Shown: positions 23,671 through 35,190 of the stretch, piece after piece
Numbering within the stretch: position 1 is the first letter of the stretch
Layout of the letters: the number at the start of each line of letters is the position of its first letter
NCBI GenBank assembly: GCA_002633005.1
Contig: NMRA01000773.1
Coordinates: 19,631-83,630, forward strand
Length of the DNA: 64,000 nt
Source of the DNA: Phoronis australis
Lineage: Eukaryota; Animalia; Phoronida
Reading direction: 5' to 3'
Translations under genes and position numbers: made by a program
Notes under the pieces: model-generated
Told to the model about the DNA's origin: nothing
The model's input: only the letters and a program-made list of their open reading frames with translations
The model's database searches: none

Positions 23671-26063
23671 TCAAGGTCACAGCATCATTGCTGAAGGCCT
23701 ATAGAAGAAAATCTGCATTTCACAATTTTCAAACGACCCTTCGTTTCTTAAATTTTCATTATTAAATGTGTTTTGCCACAAGTCCATTGATCTTTCTTCA
23801 TATATGCATACTTGTTGTTTGCGAGATAGATCGATAACCGAACCTCAGAGCTATACAGTTTTAAGGCAATTGTTCTAAAAGAATCTTCTTTACTAGTAAA
23901 CGTTGCTTGTGTCGACTTACATTCGAAATGTAAAGGGTACTGATGGAAAATATTGCTTTTCTTTTTCCTCATGTGAACGCAACGTGAATTTACATTTACA
24001 CCCGAGTGTAGATTTGTGTATGGTGCATATTTACGTACGGGTGTAAAAATGCAGCATATACATGTATGTTTAAAATTTCAAAATTAGTCGAGTTCATAAC
24101 ATCAAATGTATCTCAGAAATGGCTGGTTCTGTGGATTTGATGTGAGATCTTCGCAGCCGCACACAGCACGCTGGTATTAAAATGAAAGATGTCGCAAACC
24201 TTTCCATGGAACAAATTTGTTATTCACAGGTGCTTTCGTGAAAGCCCAATGTGCCGTGAACAACATTTTAAGTTCACAATTGCTTCAATTATGGATAATA
24301 ATGGAATTCACTTATTTCTCACACCGTCAATTCAAGCTGACCACATCTGGTTAATTGATTCTATTCTACAAAAATCTCCTCAATAATTGCCTTATCTGCA
24401 GCTGTAAAAAACATGCTTACCTGAATTAACGGCACTGACAGTTTTACTCTTACTACGTTGGTATGAGTACGAGGACACTTAGTATTGAATTTTCAATTGT
24501 TGTACATGTACATGTATGTATTTCCTCTATCGACTGCCTGCGCCATATTTATTTTCGACCAGAAGTCTCAAATTGCTGTGGCATTATGGACAGTATCGGT
24601 TTTACAGCCAAAAAGTGCAGTTTTTGGGATTATTGTTCGATGGACTTGTTGAAGTTATAAGGTTTGACGAGCTTTAAAACATTAGAATCTATTGTGTTCG
24701 TAGCAGTTCATTACAAATTGCAATTCTCGCAGTTGTCTGCCACATAATCGCTAAAACCGAGGCCGATATTTTACCATTTAAAGAACTCGGTAATATTTAC
24801 TACCTAGGGCCCCTCAATTTTAAGTTGCATGTACATATTAAAGTTTTCAGTGAATTAAAATTATTTTTTGTTAAACCGATTAGTCCGATAGTAAAATTGT
24901 TTTGATGTAAACAGGGAATTTCCGAATACAGGCCCATTGGCGGATATTAAGAAAAATGACCTTTCAAAAACGTCAAATGAAATTGAATATACGCCTGGGC
25001 GTATTTTCGTAAAGGGGGCCGTATTTTCAAAAATTATGTCAAATATTGTGTGATGCAACTTTGTTAAACATACGCTATTTGCGGAAGTTTTTAAGTACAC
25101 ATGTCCTTTTTAAGATATGTAGTATACTCTCACTAGTAAGAATTTTATTTGTTCATACACACTTGGCTCACAAGCAAGCATTCGTACTATGCTAACAGCA
25201 AAATGCATCACATTTTTAAAACATACTCATGGGTGCACTTTTGGACAGTATGCACTTCATTTTCCATTGAAACACAAGACACATAACACCGAAATTGTTT
25301 GCTGCTACCTTGACGTAAATTTCACTTCCTCCAGAAAATCTACGATTTTTGAACAGCGTTATTGTTAAGCCTCTATCTTGTTGTAAACATTTACTTCCTC
25401 TAGAATACTTACAATTCTTGAACGACTTATCTTTGAAAGAACGCCACTTCTCTCGGAAGCTGGCCTCGTTGTGACGACTGGCCTCGCACTTGGAACACGC
25501 TCTGTCTCATCAACAATATTTTGCTTAGTCACAATTTTCGTTAATTTCCAAATAATACCCTGGTGCAGACTCATAACATGCTTATGTACCTTTGTTGATG
25601 AAAACTGTAACAGATATTTATGTGTCTGACAGTCTTTAACCGAGTATTTCCATTACATTGTACTTCCGGAAGTGTTTGCATGTTGTTCCTGTAAAACTAA
25701 TCAAAATATTACAAAAATAAACCTCACGTACCTTAGGTGTAGTACCTCGGGCTGATATCGCTGCGAGGTCTTCTAAAACTGACTGCTTCGTTATCCGTCG
25801 TATTTTACTCACTGAGTTGCAACACGTGTGAAACGTCTCAACTGGTATGGTATTTTTGTAAGTACATACAGTAAATGACAAGACCGTTAAAAATATTGAT
25901 GAATCCTTCAATAGTGATGTAACAAATTGCTAGTTGGACGTCTCACGAGACAGAGTAGGTCCAGCGTCTTAACAGCTACATGTACGACTGACAACATTCA
26001 CTCAGACTTTTGCATGTTCTCGTCTATATCTGTGATGTTCATTCAAGCCAAGACGCCTAATAT

Positions 26064-26715
26064 TTAAAGTTGCACTTCGCCCTGTTTAGCTGGCTAAAAA
26101 CCGAAAATCGAATGAGGTCTCTTTCTCTCTTAAAATGGGTCTCGTGATATGCGTTACTGTGATAGGATTCTTTTTCCGTTGCTAAGTCAAGTTACAGGCA
26201 ATTTGTAGGTTACATGCGCCATTTTCGAACCCGCACTTTTAGCAGTAAAACAAATTGTTGCAACGAATACTTAGGTTATTTTTGACTAACTAGATATAGG
26301 TGGCTTTCATGCAAGCGGCTTCTTAGCCTTTTGAAAGCCCCCTTGTCTTGTTTTGATATTTGAAAGTAATGAATGACTATTAAAAATATAGTCTTAGTAA
26401 AACTTTAGTTTAGTTGTTCACCTTTGGCTACTACAACTCCCACTCATGTCACTTAGTAAGTAGGAACGACTTGTGAAGATTCATGACTATTTGTATTATG
26501 AATGGCTAAATAAACTATCTATCTACATTTATATATCTAAATGTATCTATCTATCTATCTAGGATTGGTTTTCGTGAGTCGCTGATGGTTTCGATTTTCT
26601 TTCTGGTAACAGAAATAGAATCATATCACAGTAAGGAAAGCTAAGAGGGCGTTTTTTATAAAAGCAAAATAACTAATTCCATTTTTGTTGTTAGCTAGCG
26701 AAATGCACCTCTGAA
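26064..26715. mobile_element. TTAA MITE family C, copy with an internal insert including (TATC)n
   Basis: TTAAagttgcacttcgccctgtttagctggctaaaaaccgaaaatcgaatga matches 32103; the right part matches 32320-32480 and 43650-43770. Confidence 0.6.
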
Positions 26716-27519
26716 CGACCGTTGCGTTCCATATGCTAGGCATAGGTACGAACCAGTCTAAGTGTTAGATAAACTGTGCGCAGATTGTATGGACGTATGA
26801 CTTACATACGGAAATGTCATCCAACATTTTTATTTCTGCAGAAAATTAGCGATGAGATGCACAGCAATAAATTAATCAGGTTAACTGTTAACAAACTTGC
26901 CAAGTGGAGTGAACGACACCCTTCGAGTGCATCTGCCTTGTTTGTTTTCGGTGCTCAGTGAAGTGTCATCAATCGTTAGTAATCAACAACTCTTCCAAAA
27001 GGGCACGAGCAGTGGTGCTAATTTCAGACACATCATCACGTTTTGTAGAATTAATCAATTCAATTCAAATAATAACATCAGAAACCGGCGCTCATTTCTG
27101 TAACAAGAACCTGAAATATTTCTGGCTGTAGCAGGGATAGTATCTTGAACTGCAATCCTGGTGATGCTATTTCGTCGCTCATTATTTGCTTAGATCTGAA
27201 TTCTGAATGAACTCCAGTTGATGTGAACAGGTTAGTAATCCATGGACGGGCTCGAAGATTTGGAATCGCGGATAGGATGTCACCGTGTATAATGGTTACC
27301 CCAAGGGCCCCCTGGGATTGTGCGGTCCTGTGTGGGTAACAGTTTCAGTGAAATATCTGTTGTAGTTCATGAGGATGGCACCTCCTTTAAAATAGCGCTT
27401 CTTGGACTTCACAATGCCAACTACGGTGGGCGTGGCCTAACTGTACTTGTTCGTCAGAACTCTCGCTGATTCCCTGAGCGTGTCCGCTAGGCTGTAGAGG
27501 ACACGCAGGTATCATTCAG

Positions 27520-28060
27520 TAGCATGCGTTTTATCAGTGGTTGATGTAACTTCGGCAGTCACTGGTTAGTTTTACCACAAAGAAAGATAATGACGGTCCG
27601 TGAACGATTTTTAGCCTTGTCATGCAAGTTGCGTGGCAGCAAATATTTCGTTTCTGCAGTAATGTGTAATAGTCGTATGCTTGAAGCTCATACAATGCAT
27701 ACACACATCTGGCAGATTTAACCGGTGTATTATTCATACTCTGTGAATACAGCACAGCAACGTTAGCAAAACTCAGCGACAGTGGACAAATGCTCACCGG
27801 AAAGGCACCGCCACAACATTCCGATTCACACTTCTTGAACATATCCCAATTAAGCTCCGATTAACAACAGACCACAAACTATATCCACCGATTTACACTC
27901 CCGTCATCAGTCAAGCCAGTCTGTTTATGTAAAGCGTTACCTGTTGAGAATTAAACCAGCCAATCAAAAACGCCGGTGTAAAAAATTTCCGATGAAAATT
28001 AAATGATACCTGCGTGTTTCCTAGCGGACACGCAGGGAACCAGCAAGTTTAGGAACTATA
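27520..28060 (+). repeat. Dispersed repeat family D (other copies 34655-35190 +, 63150-63460 -)
   Basis: gtgaacgatttttagccttgtcatgcaagt is shared with the 34.7-kb copy; agccaatca(a/g)aaacgccggtgtaaaaaa is present in all three copies. Confidence 0.85.
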
Positions 28061-30273
28061 CTCGGACACTCGCATGTGAATGCTAATGATATCACGTAAC
28101 TCTGGATAGGCATGTGGACAACCTGCGAGGACTTGCGTAATCTCGCAAACCCATGAGACACTGGTTGTTTCAACTCACCCCAGCATTTCATCAAGGGAGA
28201 ACAAACCCGTGCGTCTGCCAAAATTCTTTTGATTTAAGATGCATCGTAATAAAGTCGGTTCCATCTTGTTTCTTACATAAAATGTTTTCTGGGCTTCAAA
28301 ACAATCGTTTGCTCGTTATTGCTCGTCATGACAAGTTAGTTTAATTGCCGCCAGGGTAATATCAGACATTTTATCACAACCGATTTTAATTTGACGAAAT
28401 TATAAGATTACACAACGGCTTTGCTTTGGAAGATTACAGCAATTAAGCTTGTGAAGAAAGATGATTTCTACACCTATTGTGGACAAAAGTTGGAATGCAC
28501 ATTACTAAACCTGAAGATTGTCGTTATTTCCTAGTTTGTTGTTATTGTTTTTGGTATTTAGTTTGCAATTACATGTACCGATTACCTCTACATGTACATA
28601 CTCAATCATAATTTCTGGATAAATTAATTTGGACTTCGCTTGTTTGGTCTGATAAAATGAAAATCAAATTTGGCCATTTACTCTCATAAAATCGCTCTCT
28701 TAGAACTCCTCACAGTCATAAGCTCCCATTTCCGTTACCAACAAGAACATTGAATTCACCAACAGCTCCAGAAAACATTTCAAAGTTTATTGAAGTTAGC
28801 CAACCCTAAAACTGCCAATAAGAAAATGACACGTGTATGCGTTTCGTGTGACTTGAGTTTCCTGCTCACTAAGCAGCAATTCAAGATCGGATGAGAGTTG
28901 CGATGTTTTTAAGCCCTCTTCGTTACATTGTCGGCGAGCGCGGAGTTGAATCCCACACAAAGATGGTTGAGTATTTTTTGTCGTATTTAAGTAGGCGTAT
29001 CTGGTAACGTTACCGGCCTTGATTTCAACAAACGACTGGCAGACAATGGCGAGAATTCTTGATTTGTAAGGAGATCACACAACTACAACGGGTATTGTTG
29101 TTTTATAGCTTATGTCAATTGGCTAATCACTTCAAAGTTTATACCATCCATCTTCAACATTCCAGAAAATGCGGATTTTTGGCCGCAGAATCGATAGCGA
29201 CCTTTAAAAATTCAACGTCGCCAGCTAAACTCCAGCGAAAAGACTCTTTAACCAGTGACGCCGCATAGAATGAAAGACAGAAAGAACAAACGAGTGTTTT
29301 CTGGAAATAAAAATGGCGTTTTGTAATTTCCCGAGCTCGGAACTAAAAAAAAAAAAACACGTTTTAGTGTTTACACTACCATTTTCAAGCGTTTTTTCTG
29401 AATTAAAAGGTCAAAAGCTGGTACAAATTTACCAAACTGTAAACAAAACCACTTGTTTTCCAGTTTTCCCCACGAGTGTAAACATTTAGACACAAAAACT
29501 TGAATTTTACAAGATGCATGCAGTAATAGTACCAATGCAGTGAAAATTAATAAATGAAATCGGTCACTGTGAATCAGCGTCCCCTTAGTTACGTATTCGC
29601 AACCGGTTTGATAACATTTTAAGCGGCTATAAACACACATTCCGTTTCTTCAAAGGTCCAACACGTGATCTAGATCACTATTTGAATAAGGCGAGAAGTG
29701 ACTTCTAGACACGCACAAAATGACAGCATATTTACGTTCCTTGACATCAAGCCAAACTCATGATAATATGGCATGGATCTAAGTTGACTAATAACTAACT
29801 CAAGACCAATTTTATAGCGACAAATTATCTAAATAAACAATTATTTCATGGATGGCGGGCTCATAGCGTAATTTTCATTTGGGAGCTCCTATATAATTCT
29901 TACGACAATGCTAGGTCCTGTCGAACAAAGAATGGTGGAACATGGTTTAACGCTCAATTTATTTTTTTTTCAAATTCTTTTCTCTATTTTTACTTCTAAT
30001 ATTTTGTGGTAGATTACCCGCCGTTCGTAAAAAAGTCACAAACCATGTAAACACTCCAGTGGAATTTCCTTTCTCCTTTTGTCGGACTTGATGGAATGCA
30101 GATCCACTTTTAAGCCAAACTGTGTGCAAGACGAATTCATTGAGTAGACGCAAACTGACCGAAATCAATGACTGAAATCAATGGTAACTCGACACGCAAT
30201 CTAATCTGTCAATTCGATTTTGCCTGGCTGATTTTTTGGCGCTACATACAGATGGTTTCTCGCCTGGATTGGA

Positions 30274-30425
30274 ATGTCAGCCACTAGAAGGATTGTTATG
30301 TCACGTGAGGAACCTTTGACGGGTCTTCAAATATTTTACTTACTTCTGAGTGCACAACTACTTGAGGAGTGCCAGGCAGTGCCTGAGCCACTCCCATGTG
30401 ATCCCAGAAGAGTGGAACTATCTGG
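30274..30425 (+). CDS. Possible first coding exon of a secreted or membrane protein
   Basis: Acceptor catacag| at ~30251. MSATRRIVMSREEPLTGLQIFYLLLSAQLLEECQA-VPEPLPCDPRRVELS is signal-peptide-like. The only in-ORF donor is a non-canonical GG|GCAAGT. Confidence 0.35.
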
Positions 30426-32102
30426 GCAAGTGCGATTGCACTCGCACGCTTCGAATGCAGTGCTGTAGTGGTAAAATTAGAGGTAACTAGGCGCCCAGAG
30501 CCCACCGTATCACCTCGAGCACTGAACTTAACTTACGGTGTGTAGGCGCTATGTTCAAATGCCAAAAGGTGGTTGGCTGCGCCTACGTGCGCCTACGCCC
30601 CACAACGTACAGCACTGTTCGAATACCATGCATAGCGCGATTTCAGGAGCGTCCTGTAGACAAAAGCGAGATCAGGCAAATTCATGAGAGTGAAAGGCGA
30701 ATGTCCGCGAGCATGCTTCAGTAATTTAAGTGATTACTTGTTGAGGAAGGAATTGGATTATGGGATGGAATTGAGAACACGTGGTTTCGTCGTCCATCTT
30801 AAATGTCCAATTAGATAGAGTATATATATTCACGTGCAGGTTAGTAAAACATGTTCTTGAAACTTATGTACGAGAAAGTCAAAGCTGCGATTAATTCTCA
30901 AAATACCCGGATGGTCTTAAACTCGTTATTATTTCTGACAACTACGTACAATGTACGCTCTAATTCGGACGCATTTCAAATGCCTATGATGCCAGCCAAT
31001 ATACTGTAATTTGCGACGTAGCTACGTTGTTAGTGAACCGCAAACAAAAGATTTTGAGTCTTTAAGCTACTGTAGTTAAAGCTTTGTACTATTGAAATTG
31101 CAAATTATTTCCATCACCGGTCATCTGATGACGAACGAAGTCGAGGATGGATAAAACCTTATTTCACAAGTAATCTGAAAGTTTTTATGTGCAAAAAACC
31201 CACAATACTCACAAAGTGATGACAAGAAAGCACTGCCTTCTCCGTTGGCTCACTATTTCAAGAGAAATCTGCATTTCATTTTCGGTTCCCCCGTACAGCG
31301 TCCTGACCAAATCACTTTACCTAGTTCTCTACTACGCTAGTGCGCATGGGCTATGCATGCCTAACTCGCAACCATAAAATCGTTTCTTATGGAATACAGT
31401 TACCCGTTTCCGTACCACGAAGGAAGATTTTTTCTCTGCAAGGTCGACGGAACTCGGTCCTAGCCACCCTTGCAATATTAGTCTAGTATTAACCTTTCAC
31501 TGCCGGCCCTGAGCAGGTGAATCAAAATAGGGTTGCAACGAAACTAAGCTGTCTTATTATCAAATAATCCTACGACATGCTATTGAGTTATTATCAAGCT
31601 AATTTTCTTATCCGAAAGCCAATTCTTTCCTGAACCAAGTGAACCATCATTTTGATACCGATTTTCAAAAAAAATATTGCTTGTGTGAATAATCACGTCA
31701 AAGTACGGCAAATTTAACAAGACCACAAGATTTTGTGAAATGACGTCAGAAATTTAACAACTAAAATGTTATATTTTCAAACGAATTTTCTTTTCTTGAA
31801 AATGAGTTATGCAGTACTTTGAATAAAGTTTCATATAATTTAGTTTGGGTGGATTTCGTGTTTTGAGATTAACACGAAACTGGTACTGTTATTTCCATAT
31901 CACTAAAAAGGCCAAAGATGGTCTTTTGCGTCTGATTTGTACCTGTCAGTTTCATAATCTAAGCCCAAACAATAAACCTAACAGCGACAGATGTTTGTGA
32001 TATTGGAAATCTAGACTAGAGAGACGCCTGTGACGTCATGATATGGGCAATATAATGATGATAGGGACAGCTGCCTCGATAAAGTCAGTTCTATGTAAAC
32101 GT

Positions 32103-32489
32103 TTAAAGCTGCAACTCGTCCCGTTTACCTGGCTAAAATACGAAAATCGAATGAACTCTTTTACTTTCATAAAATTGATCTCCTAATATTGCTTAACGTG
32201 AAAGGATTCCGTCTCCGTCACCAAATAACGTCACAGTCAACGCACCACTTTGAATTCGCCATTTCGCGGTTGGCCAACCTCAATAAACTCTGAAGCAAGT
32301 TTTTGAGTCGCTGACGATTTCGGTGTTCCTTTTGGTAACGGAAATGGAATCCATTTTGGAATATTACGAAAGCAAAACGCGTAATTCTGTTTAAGATTTT
32401 TAGCCAGCTAAAGAAGCCGAAATGAGGCTTCAATAAAAATTGTAGAAATTAGTGTCTATTTCCTTTACGGGTAGAAGTTCGCACTATAA
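32103..32489. mobile_element. TTAA MITE family C (~385 bp, internally palindromic)
   Basis: TTAAagctgcaactcgtcccgt ... acgggtagaagttcgcactataa; inner inverted repeat ggattccgtctccgtcaccaaa / tttggtaacggaaatggaatcc. Confidence 0.65.
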
Positions 32490-33636
32490 TCTCGGTCCAC
32501 AAAATGATTAAGCCCCTCGTTGCTTAAGATCATTCTAGTCGAGACAAATAATGCCCATTCAACACAACTAGAAATGCTCTAAAACCAACTAAATTTATTA
32601 CGTTTTTTTTCGTTCAAAATTATTTTTGGCTGTGCACCACCATCACAACCACCAAAATGGCTGCCGTAATGAGTCACAGCTGACTCACGCATTGTTGGTA
32701 CTCATTTAACCCCGCCCACTTTAATAAAAATCAAAATGAATAGAAACAGTGCTGAAAGATACGAAATTCATGTATTTTAGTGATCGTCTGACGAAATTCA
32801 CCATGTGTTCTGAATCTGTGAATGTAAAGGAAGGATGTGTATACATGTACATTTAATGTGAGATAAACTGTTAAAATGCATACTTAGTGTCAAAACTATG
32901 GTCAATATTTAACCAAGGCGAAGTACAGCGTACAGAAACTGACCGAATGCAGCCCCCCTAGCGGACAAGACCAAAATATTTTACAGACACATTCTGTTCA
33001 AGTCACAATAATTAAAAAGCAAAACTTGCCGTTGAAATTACAAGTGATATTCTGTTGCACACGTACATACATCTGTACAACCTGACAAATGCATTTTCTG
33101 GAGAGGATCATTGAATTTTGAGTGATTTCATCGTTTTTCGAATGCATCGAGGGGCGGTTGTTGCCTTGCAAACATCCGGTGACATCGCAAAAAAATTGAG
33201 GACGTGTAACCTGAACCATACTTTGCGTTTTAGGAGGTGAGATTTGATTTCATTGTCACTAGATAGCGCTTGCCTAGAGCGTCTTTCGCGCAGAAGACTG
33301 TAACATTGTTTGATGCATTTTGAGACTAGTATTTACTTCTGTAGTTTTCTATTATAGTTACTTAAACGTCAACACTCGATGCTTAGCCATACTTCAAGTC
33401 GCATTTGGCGACCTGGTCAAAACCCCAGTTCTCGGTTTCATGAAACAGTCCAGAAATCGGGATTCAACAAAGTTCCTGATATCATTTGCGTATTTGCGTA
33501 ATACTTTGAACAATAAAATTTCCAAATAACATAACTAAAACAGAGCCCTTAATTCAATCAATTAGGGACTTAGTTCTTAAATTAGGGGCGTTACATGAAT
33601 ATATCCCTACTTATTTTTCAATAACAATAAGAATTC

Positions 33637-33925
33637 AACGTACAATTAACCCTAGATTTGCCTTAGTAAAGAGACGTACAGTTAACGCTAGATTTGCCTC
33701 CGTAGAGAAAAGTACAGTTAACGCTAGATTTGCCTCAGTAAAGAAAAGTACAGTTAACGATAGATTTGTCTCAGTAAAGAAAAGTACAATTAACGCTAGA
33801 TTTGCCTTAGTAAAGAGACGCACAGTTAACGATAGATTTGCCTCATTAAAGAGACGTACAGTTAACACTAGATTTGCCTCAGTAAAGTGACGTACAGTTA
33901 ACGCTAGGTTTGCCTCAGTAAAAAG
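33637..33925. repeat. 36-bp minisatellite x8
   Basis: Units of gtacagttaacgctagatttgcctcagtaaagagac. Confidence 0.95.
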
Positions 33926-34125
33926 ACTCAAACAGTGTAAGAAAGGACAACGAATGTTGTGAAAATCTCAAGAATGCGCAGGCAATTTACGGAACTTATA
34001 CCTGAGTCCTTATTTGAACTGTTTCATTCAACCGGACACTGATCCCCAAACGAAATATTTAGTCGTAAAACAAAGAAGTCAACACTCGAAGCTTGAATGA
34101 ACGCCCAGTCGCATTTGGCGACATG

Positions 34126-34373
34126 GGGCTCGTTCCAACGAAATTGACTTAGCTAAGACAAATCTTAAATTTTATTTAATTTTAAAATACAAGTTAAATT
34201 TGTCTCAAAACCAATTCAAAAAACAGATCTTAAGTTCGACTTAAGTGTGTGACATAATTTTTGTCTTAATTTTGACTAACTTACCGAATGTGGAAGTTTC
34301 AAAGTTTGGAATTTAAGACAAATATTAAACTTAAGTCAAAAATGAACTTAAGTAAGTTTCTTGGAACAGGCCC
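34126..34373. mobile_element. Harbinger-type AT-rich MITE (CWG-type 3-bp TSD)
   Basis: atg|GGGCTCGTTCCAA ... TTGGAACAGGCCC|ctg. The empty-site paralog gtcgcatttggcgacctggtcaa lies at ~33400. Confidence 0.7.
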
Positions 34374-34654
34374 CTGGCCAATATCCTAGGTTTTCAAGCG
34401 AAATCTGAGGTCGCCAAACCAACTGAAAAATCTCTAGCGTCAAAATGAATTCAGAGCGTTTCCATCCGGTGTCAGAGTTCGTCGGTCGACAAAAGAGGTC
34501 GAACGCCAAGCAAAGTTTTGCACTCCTTCGATTCCTCCCGTAATGCCTAGTTGTACGGGTTCGTTATCTACCTCAAATCCTCCCGCCGGCGTATGAAGAT
34601 AAAAGGAAAACGGCCGCACTGGCTGGTTCCCCATGTGCCTAGCCAGCGCGCAGG

Positions 34655-35190
34655 TTTCACGCGCTTTTGCATTGGTTGATGTAACCTCAGCAGTTATTGG
34701 TTAGCTTTACAACACCGTAAAAATGGCGGACTGTGAACGATTTTTAGCCTTGTCATGCAAGTGGCGTCGCAGCAACTATTTCGTTTCTGCTGTGATGTTT
34801 AATAGTCGCGTGCTTGAAGCAAATACAGATATCTGGCCGATTTATATGACCGGTGTGTTATTCATACTATATGAACACAGGACTGTATCGTAAACAAAAG
34901 TCATCGACAGTAGAAAGATGCACTCCGAAGTGGCGCAACCACAATTTCTAGGATTCACATTTCCTGAACATAAATTTTAATCACCTATTTGTCTGTACAA
35001 CAGACCACATTTACACTTCTGTCCATCAGTCATGCCAGTTTGTTTGCGTAAAGCGCTGCCTGTTGAGAATTCGAGTAGCCAATCAGAAACGCCGGTGTAA
35101 AAAATTCTCGAGGAAAATTAAGTGATACCTGAGTGCTGGCTACCGACCACCTAGGGGCACGCAAGGAACCAGCGAGACGGCTGCATCGAC
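34655..35190 (+). repeat. Dispersed repeat family D copy
   Basis: Colinear with 27520-28060. Confidence 0.85.

Noticed and set aside
31120-31160. Hammerhead ribozyme (CTGATGA)
   Set aside because: No properly placed GAAA or stems.
33635-33931. Pentapeptide-like repeat protein (FTEANLALTVR)n
   Set aside because: Product of a 36-bp minisatellite open by chance.
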